In this document: piece by piece, positions 31,070 through 37,514 of the stretch
Numbering within the stretch: position 1 is the stretch's first letter
Layout: each line of letters opens with the position of its first letter
Origin: Lysobacterales bacterium
GTDB lineage: Bacteria > Pseudomonadota > Gammaproteobacteria > Xanthomonadales > SZUA-5
Direction: 5' to 3'
NCBI GenBank assembly: GCA_022844165.1
Contig: JALHMH010000043.1
Span: 1 to 37,514, forward strand
Length of the DNA: 37,514 nt
Notes under the pieces: generated by a model
What the model saw: the letters and a program-made list of their open reading frames with translations, nothing else
Told to the model about the DNA's origin: nothing
Database searches by the model: none
Program-made: the position numbers and the translations under genes

Positions 31070-31498
31070 ATGTCGATGAGCACCATCCGAGTTGAAGTAG
31101 TCAGTGCTGAGGCCGAGGTTTTTCGCGGCGAGGCTAAGTTGGTGGTGGCTTCCGGCGAATTGGGCGAACTGGGCATCGCGCCGCGCCACGCGCCGCTGAT
31201 CACGCGCCTCAAGCCCGGCGAAGTGCGCGTGATTCAGCCAAGTGGCGAAGAAGTCCACCTGTACGTGTCGGGCGGCATCATGGAAGTGCAGCCAACTGTC
31301 GTGACGATCCTGACCGATACTGCTATTCGTGCCCAGGACATTGACGAAAAAGCCGCACGCGCTGCGCTCGAAGAAGCGCAACGCATCATCGCCGGCCGCG
31401 GCGATCCAATGAGCATTGCCGAAGCTCAGCAAAAGCAGATGGAGACACTTGCGCAGTTGCAGGCGCTGGAACGATTGCGCAAGAGCTTGAAGCACTGA
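31070..31498 (+). CDS. atpC: ATP synthase subunit epsilon
   Basis: [29 protein letters not shown]; start 31070 or 31076. Confidence 0.97.
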   Translation: MSMSTIRVEVVSAEAEVFRGEAKLVVASGELGELGIAPRHAPLITRLKPGEVRVIQPSGEEVHLYVSGGIMEVQPTVVTILTDTAIRAQDIDEKAARAALEEAQRIIAGRGDPMSIAEAQQKQMETLAQLQALERLRKSLKH

Positions 31499-31792
31499 GC
31501 GCCTTCTCTTCGCCAAGCAAATAGCTGTTGAGAAACAGCCTGCGGGCGCGAACGATGGATGGTTCGCACATGCGTCTGGCACGTAAGTGCTTGATCCAAT
31601 AACGTGCTAAGGGCAAGCACGTAGACGTCGCTTCGCCAGGCGGGTGCCGAATCGTTGTGGCGGACGTTTCTGGCCGGTGACGGACTGATCGAGTGAAGCG
31701 CCCTCCATTGAGCATCGCACATGCCGCCGCGCACGAATTCGTCATGAGCGCGCCGATATTCTTGTCGCGACTCCGATTGCTGTTGGCAAACA

Positions 31793-33496
31793 ATGAGGCC
31801 TCTGGTTGCGTTGGTGATGTGCGCGTGGTTTGCCCCGTATGGCGCCGCGGCGGTTGACTGGCCTGCCGTAAATGCGCAACTCGATGAGGCTGTCGCGGAT
31901 GCTGCGGACCAGCGCCGGGCGGCGGGTGTGGCGCTGGTGATCGTTCACGCGGGCGAACAGCGTGTGGCCATTGCCCATGGGCTGGCGGACAAACGCAGCG
32001 GTGTGCGTCTGACGGTCGATACACCGATGCCGATCGGCGATGCGTCGCGGCTGTTTACGGCGGCACTGGCGATGCGTGCGGTAGATCGCAAGTCGCTTGT
32101 GTTGGATGCTCCGATCGCGACCGATTTGTCCGTCGGATTTTCACAGGATGCGAGTGCGGTGACCCCGCGGCAGTTGTTGACGCATCACAGCGGTCTGGCG
32201 CCGAACTGGTTACGCGGCATGTTTTATCAGGACGGCGAGGCTGATCCGCTGCCGGAGGTTCTGCCCCTGAACTACGCGCCGGGCGAACTGATGAACTCGT
32301 CGAATCTGGGTTATGTGGTGCTCGGTCGGTTGTTGCAAAAAGCGGCTGGCGTGTCGTTCGAATCGCTTTTGACGACCGAACTGCTCTCGCCCCTGGGACT
32401 TGCCCACACTGGAACGGCCGTGCACGCTCGAACTGCGCGTGCGCATCGTAAGGGGAAGACGCTCGATCCGCTCATGGCGCGCGATACGCCCGCACTGGGC
32501 GTGATCGCGAGTGCCGCGGATCTTGGCCGGTTGCTCATCGCGCTGGACGCTGAGTCGCCTGGCGTCTGGCTGAGCCGCGAATCGCGTCTGGCGATGGTCG
32601 CGCCGCAGAATGCTAACAACGTCTGGGACGTCGGTAATCTGGTGGGATTGGGCTGGGAGCTCGTCGCGAGTCCGCGCCCTGGGGTTGGGCTGATCGCGAC
32701 GCAGTCGTCGACCTACCCAAATTTCCGTGCAGAAGTGCGCTGGCTGCCACAACACCGGTTGGGCGTGATCGCACTGGCCAATTGGCGCGAAGCCTATGAG
32801 CCGCTCGACGATCTGGTGGCCCAGGCCATCGACATGGTGCTCTTGCAGCAGCGTGGCATTACGCCACGCGAGGAGGATCGCCCCTTGCCAGAAAGCGTTG
32901 CGTTGCCAAAAGGGGCGGAGCCAACGCGTTTTGCCGCACGTTACGCGACGCCGCTGGGCATCATGGAATTTGCGCCCGAGGGCCAACGGTTCGATGTGCA
33001 ATTTCTGGGTCTGGACTTTCGAGCCGATCCACGGCCCGACGGTTGGTGGAGCTTGCGATTTCGTTTCTGGGGAGTGCTGCCGATCAGCATTGATGCCATC
33101 AGCCGTGTGCTGATTCGGCCGGTGCTCCTGGGCGGTCGTGCCTCGATGCTGGCTTTCGCCCAGGATCGCTACTTTCTATTTGGATCGAAGATCGAATCCG
33201 ACGCGATCGATCTGGAGAGTCTGACGGGGACGTATGTTCTGAGCAATCCCGATGCCTTGACGAAACAATTGGAAATCGAGCAGATCGAGCTTGAAGTTGT
33301 TGATGGTGTCGCTGCCCTTGCTTACGAGCTGCCCTTTATTCTGACGATCCGCCCGCGCGTCGCGCTCGCTCCGCTCGGCGGCGAGCGTTATGCAGTCGCT
33401 GGATTCGGGCCGAACCTCGGCGATGCCGTGCGGGTGGTCCGTGGCGATCGGGCGCGTATCGAATATTCCGGATATGTGGCGGAGAAGGTCGAGTAA
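31793..33496 (+). CDS. Exported beta-lactamase-fold (serine hydrolase family) protein lacking catalytic residues
   Basis: Fold markers TPRQLLTHHSGL, PG...SNLGYVVLG and SAADLGR; SxxK position reads D83-A-S-R86. Confidence 0.85.
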   Translation: MRPLVALVMCAWFAPYGAAAVDWPAVNAQLDEAVADAADQRRAAGVALVIVHAGEQRVAIAHGLADKRSGVRLTVDTPMPIGDASRLFTAALAMRAVDRKSLVLDAPIATDLSVGFSQDASAVTPRQLLTHHSGLAPNWLRGMFYQDGEADPLPEVLPLNYAPGELMNSSNLGYVVLGRLLQKAAGVSFESLLTTELLSPLGLAHTGTAVHARTARAHRKGKTLDPLMARDTPALGVIASAADLGRLLIALDAESPGVWLSRESRLAMVAPQNANNVWDVGNLVGLGWELVASPRPGVGLIATQSSTYPNFRAEVRWLPQHRLGVIALANWREAYEPLDDLVAQAIDMVLLQQRGITPREEDRPLPESVALPKGAEPTRFAARYATPLGIMEFAPEGQRFDVQFLGLDFRADPRPDGWWSLRFRFWGVLPISIDAISRVLIRPVLLGGRASMLAFAQDRYFLFGSKIESDAIDLESLTGTYVLSNPDALTKQLEIEQIELEVVDGVAALAYELPFILTIRPRVALAPLGGERYAVAGFGPNLGDAVRVVRGDRARIEYSGYVAEKVE

Positions 33497-33576
33497 TCCA
33501 CGGTATCGACCGTGGTGTACTGTGAGACATTTGGCACTTGGGCCTATCCTGATGGTGCAGCCATCGGGAGAGCGCA

Positions 33577-34644
33577 ATGCCCTATTACTATCCGTTGTTG
33601 CGGTTGAACAAACGCGAGCGTAAACCAATTGTTGAAGGTTTGCAGCGCTTACGTTCGGGGTTTCGCCAACCCGTAAAATCACAGACGCCCATCCCTGAGC
33701 GCGATTTGCGCTCGCGGCTTCTGATCGCGACCTGGAACATCCGCGAGTTCGATTCCGGAAAGGGCGGCAGACGATCGGACGAGGCGATCTACTACATTGC
33801 AGAGATCATCGATCAGTTCGATATCGTGGCGGTGCAGGAGGTTCGCGACGATCTGGAAGCACTGCAGCGCTTGATGGCCGCGCTCGGCAAACACTGGGAG
33901 TTCATTTGCACCGATGTGACCTTGGGCGCGCAAGGCAACGGCGAACGCATGGCGTTCTTGTATGACACGCGCAAGGTGCAATTCGCCGGATTGGCGGGTG
34001 AGCTGGTGATCCCGCAGAAATTCGAAGCGGTCCAGTTTGCGCGCACCCCGTTCATCACCAGTTGGAAGGCCGGCTGGGCGAAGTTCTCGTTGTGCACTGT
34101 ACATATCCTCTATGGCACGGCGGTGGCCAACGATGAACGCCGAGTGCGCGAGATCGAACTTCTCGTCGAGTTGCTCGGCGATCGCACCCGCGAACGCGAG
34201 GTGGATCGCGGTGGCACACGCGTGAAGCTCAAAGGCGAGAACCTGCTGTTGCTCGGCGATTTCAACATCTTCGCGCGTACCGATCGGACGATGGCGGCTT
34301 TGACCGCCAGCGGGCACTTCGAAGTGCCAGCAGCATTGCAGAAGATCCCAGGCACGAACGTTGATAAGAAAAAGCACTACGATCAGATCGCCTGCGGCGC
34401 GTACAAAGACCGTTTCGAGCCCACCGATCGCGCCGGCGTGTTCGATTTTTACGACTACGTTTTTCGGCTTGAGGAAGACGCTGCGCGATTTGCCGATCAA
34501 CATAAGCCGGGCCAGTTCAAACAATGGCGCACCCACCAAATGTCGGACCACCTGGTGATGTGGCAGGAGTTTCGTATCGACTTCAGCGACGAATACCTGG
34601 CATCGATAGAATCGGCGAAGCAACTGGGCGGTACGCCAAGTTGA
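33577..34644 (+). CDS. Endonuclease/exonuclease/phosphatase (DNase I-like) family protein
   Basis: IATWNIREF, VAVQEV, LLGDFN, YDQI, MSDHL. Confidence 0.9.
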   Translation: MPYYYPLLRLNKRERKPIVEGLQRLRSGFRQPVKSQTPIPERDLRSRLLIATWNIREFDSGKGGRRSDEAIYYIAEIIDQFDIVAVQEVRDDLEALQRLMAALGKHWEFICTDVTLGAQGNGERMAFLYDTRKVQFAGLAGELVIPQKFEAVQFARTPFITSWKAGWAKFSLCTVHILYGTAVANDERRVREIELLVELLGDRTREREVDRGGTRVKLKGENLLLLGDFNIFARTDRTMAALTASGHFEVPAALQKIPGTNVDKKKHYDQIACGAYKDRFEPTDRAGVFDFYDYVFRLEEDAARFADQHKPGQFKQWRTHQMSDHLVMWQEFRIDFSDEYLASIESAKQLGGTPS

Positions 34645-34713
34645 GTTTGAATCCGCCGCAAAACGATGGCGACCGCGCTACGATCAGCGCTGGTTCGAAC
34701 TGGAGCCGAGGTT

Positions 34714-35598
34714 ATGCTGTCGCGACGCACGCTGCTGACAACGCTGGCCGTCTTGCCAATCATCCCAGTGAATGCGCGGGCCGCATTAATGCGCGCCATA
34801 CCCGGCGGCGAGGAGTTTCCCGCAGTGGGGTTGGGCACTTGGCAAGCGTTCGATATCGATGCCGGTGCGCCACAGAACGGTGAGGCTTCCGCAGCGCTGC
34901 AAGCGTTGATCGATCATGGCGGTCGACTAGTCGACACCTCACCGATGTACGGTCGCGCCGAGGCGGCATTGGGCCGCGCAGCGCAGGGCCATGCCGATCG
35001 CCTCTATCTGGCCAGTAAGATATTCACCAGCGGCGAAGCGGCGGGCCGCGTGCAGTTCGAAAGCTCATTGCGATTGCTCAAGCGCGAACGAATGGACTTG
35101 ATGCAGGTGCACAACCTGGTCGATACCGCGGTGCACCTAAAGACGCTGCGTGAGCAGCGCGAACTCGGGCGCTTGCGCCACATCGGCATCACGCACTACG
35201 TCGCGAGCGCGCACGCAGATTTGTGTCGCTGGATGCGCAATGAGTCGCTGGACTTCGTGCAGGTCAACTATTCGTTGCTCGAGCCCGAGGCCGCGTCAAC
35301 GGTGTTGCCGCTGGCCGCTGAGCGCGGCATCGGCGTGCTCATCAATCGGCCATTCGCAGAAGGTGCATTGTTCAACCGCGTGCGCGGCCAGGCTGTCCCG
35401 GAATGGGCCGCGGAAGAATTGGGTTGCTCCAGTTGGGCACAGTGTCTTCTCAAATGGATCCTCGCCGAGCCGGCCGTTACCACCGTGCTTTGTGGGACCC
35501 GAAATCCCCGCCATGTAGCCGACAATCTGGGCGCGCTGCATGGACCGCTGCCCGATGCGGCTCAGCGTAGACGATTGGCCAACGCCGTTTTGCATTGA
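34714..35598 (+). CDS. Aldo/keto reductase with twin-arginine-like leader
   Basis: GLGTW, DTSPMYG, LASK, DLMQVHNL, QVNYSL; N-terminus MLSRRTLL. Confidence 0.9.
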   Translation: MLSRRTLLTTLAVLPIIPVNARAALMRAIPGGEEFPAVGLGTWQAFDIDAGAPQNGEASAALQALIDHGGRLVDTSPMYGRAEAALGRAAQGHADRLYLASKIFTSGEAAGRVQFESSLRLLKRERMDLMQVHNLVDTAVHLKTLREQRELGRLRHIGITHYVASAHADLCRWMRNESLDFVQVNYSLLEPEAASTVLPLAAERGIGVLINRPFAEGALFNRVRGQAVPEWAAEELGCSSWAQCLLKWILAEPAVTTVLCGTRNPRHVADNLGALHGPLPDAAQRRRLANAVLH

Positions 35599-35820
35599 CG
35601 ACGAAGTGGCCCCTTTTGGGGACGCTCTTGCAACTGAATGTCTCCCGGGTCGCGCGTGATACGGGCTGCAAGCAGCTGTCTGAGCAGCGAATGGTCGGCC
35701 AGGTATCGCCGATGTCCCTGCGAGTGCGATAACATTGCGGCTTGCTGGCCGTCAACCATGAGCCGGTCGGAATTGAAGCCGAGATCTCGGCGCACGTTCG
35801 AACGCACACTTCGCCGGTGT

Positions 35821-37514
35821 TCAATCTGGCGCCTCGACAACGCGCAGCGCGAGGTCGTTGGCTTCATAAATGCGTTGGCCATCGACCCAAAGACTTGCCA
35901 TCGCGTGGGCATAGATGCCCCGCGCGTCGATGCCACGCTCGGTGACTTCCAGCGTTACCTGCATGCGTCGGTGTTGCGGAAGAACCTGACCGCGATACTT
36001 CCATCGATGCGCCTTGCCGAGTGCGATCGATTCGAATCGCGGCGCGCGCAGCGCAGCGACATGTGCATCCTGCAGCAATACCCAGCGTAAGGTCTGCAGC
36101 ATCGCTTCGAGTCCGAGCGAGCCCGGTTGCACCGGGTCTTGGAAAAAATGCGCTTTGAAGAACCAATCGCCGGGGTCGACATCTTTGGCGGCACACGCCT
36201 GGCCCAAACCCGCTTCGCCGCCTTCAGGCCACCAGGCTTCGATACGATCCAACATGCGCAGCATCCCGGTCGGAAGTCGAAGGTTCGCCGCGCTCGCGGA
36301 GCAAACCGCGCGTTCTTGACGAGCGTGCTCCAACAATGCGGTGTGCGTGGCATTGCGGGGCAAACCTGCCTGCGCTGCGAGTGCCTCCGGCGGAAAAAAG
36401 CCGAACACCGTCTGCAACCGATACACATCATGCCCGTTCAAATGGCAGCGCACGGTAAATGACTCAATGATCATGCCGGCGCTGGCGGAGACATCGGTTA
36501 ACTCGACTTCTGTCAGCAACGTGCCGGCTCTTGGCCCAATCTCGAGCAGCACTTCTCCGTTGCCATCGAGATTTCTGAAGCCAAGTTCGCTTTCGGTTGT
36601 GAGCGCGGACCCGACGTAACTCGACAACCACCCGCAGGGTTGCAATGCGACTTCGAGCAGCACCGCGAATGGCATCTTGCCGTGATTGGCGTCGAAGTAC
36701 CACGCTTGCTCGGGCACGTCGTACTGTGCTGTGACACGGGCACCTTTGCGCATCACACCGAGCGCGCCATCGATCGCAGCGATGCGGCTGATGAAGTGAT
36801 ACGGTGGGCTGGGCAGGCGCGCAACAGGTTGGCCGCCATCGAAGCGCCGATACATCGGACCGAAGGCTGCGGATGGTCGCCCGAATGCGCATGCGAGCAG
36901 GCTGTAGCGATCGAATCGGAAGCCGTCTGCGAGCGGTGCCCGCGCATCATCGATGCTGTCGATGTGTGCGTCCGTCAGCGGCCAGTCCGGTACCAGCTGC
37001 AGTGCGACGCGGCGGGCGTGGAAGGCCTTCAGACCATCGACGCTGCAGAGCAGATCCGCATACACGGTGGGTATGGGTGCGGCGATCAGCTCTTCTACGA
37101 AGACCTCAGTGACGAGCAGTTTGGAACCCGGCGTGACCTGGCCGCGACACTGCAATTGATACGGCAATTCCGGCACCGGCTGGAACCGCCAGCCGTCGCG
37201 CTTGAGCGTGTGTCCGCCTGAAGCGAGCACGATCGCCATCGCTTGCAGGCAGGCTTCGAACATCAGCGTTCCGGGCATGCACGGATCGTTCTTGAAATGG
37301 CCCGCAAAGAACCACTGCGCAGGATCGATGTCGAGTTCGGCGCGCAGATAACCGCGCTGCCACGGCCCACCATCGACGCTCATTTGCGTGACACGATCGA
37401 GCAGCAGCATTGGATCGCCGTGGATGCCTGGGCTGCGCGTATGGGTGCGCGCAAATTCGAATCCGGGGCCGAAGCAAGTGGCTGCATCGCCGCTGGAAAA
37501 TGCTTCAAGCTGTG
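35821..37514 (-). CDS. 3' part of a Pfa-like (PfaC/Pfa3-type) PUFA synthase with FabA-like dehydratase domains; 5' end outside window
   Basis: WFFAGHFKNDPCMPG, a pseudo-DH segment WYFDANHGKMPFAVLLEVALQPCG, and WFFKAHFFQDPVQPGSLG. The frame stays open from 37410 to the window edge (QLEAFSSGDAATCFGPGF...). Confidence 0.85.
   Translation of the reverse strand, partial: QLEAFSSGDAATCFGPGFEFARTHTRSPGIHGDPMLLLDRVTQMSVDGGPWQRGYLRAELDIDPAQWFFAGHFKNDPCMPGTLMFEACLQAMAIVLASGGHTLKRDGWRFQPVPELPYQLQCRGQVTPGSKLLVTEVFVEELIAAPIPTVYADLLCSVDGLKAFHARRVALQLVPDWPLTDAHIDSIDDARAPLADGFRFDRYSLLACAFGRPSAAFGPMYRRFDGGQPVARLPSPPYHFISRIAAIDGALGVMRKGARVTAQYDVPEQAWYFDANHGKMPFAVLLEVALQPCGWLSSYVGSALTTESELGFRNLDGNGEVLLEIGPRAGTLLTEVELTDVSASAGMIIESFTVRCHLNGHDVYRLQTVFGFFPPEALAAQAGLPRNATHTALLEHARQERAVCSASAANLRLPTGMLRMLDRIEAWWPEGGEAGLGQACAAKDVDPGDWFFKAHFFQDPVQPGSLGLEAMLQTLRWVLLQDAHVAALRAPRFESIALGKAHRWKYRGQVLPQHRRMQVTLEVTERGIDARGIYAHAMASLWVDGQRIYEANDLALRVVEAPD

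Noticed and set aside
35599-35820. Possible small gene between the AKR and pfa-like genes
   Set aside because: Candidate ORFs overlap neighbours and show no recognisable features.

Overview
GC-rich gammaproteobacterial chromosome segment, probably Xanthomonadales-like (inferred from gene content). Core genes: infA, sdaA, kbl, an ABC-F ATPase, an FKBP PPIase, an S9 peptidase and the full F1Fo ATP synthase operon atpIBEFHAGDC. Accessory genes: a six-gene lipid-modification cluster (desaturase, FAD oxidoreductase, DUF1365, CFA-type methyltransferase, DUF2878, DUF1295) resembling the furan fatty acid pathway, an ECF sigma/Ser-Thr kinase pair, a hicB-hicA module with small indels between atpG and atpD, a beta-lactamase-fold protein that has lost its catalytic motifs, and the 3' end of a Pfa-like PUFA synthase gene. 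The most unusual signal is non-coding. Three families of hairpin-rich repeats (R1, R2, R3) sit at CTAG/CTGG boundaries, in tandem (1-540), stacked (4984-5556) and solo (9359-9516). One copy of each family carries the same ~75-nt module, whose linkers are invariant while its stems change sequence yet stay paired. This looks like a small structured element nested inside other non-autonomous elements. All calls are by eye from the sequence and ORF track; no database searches were run.
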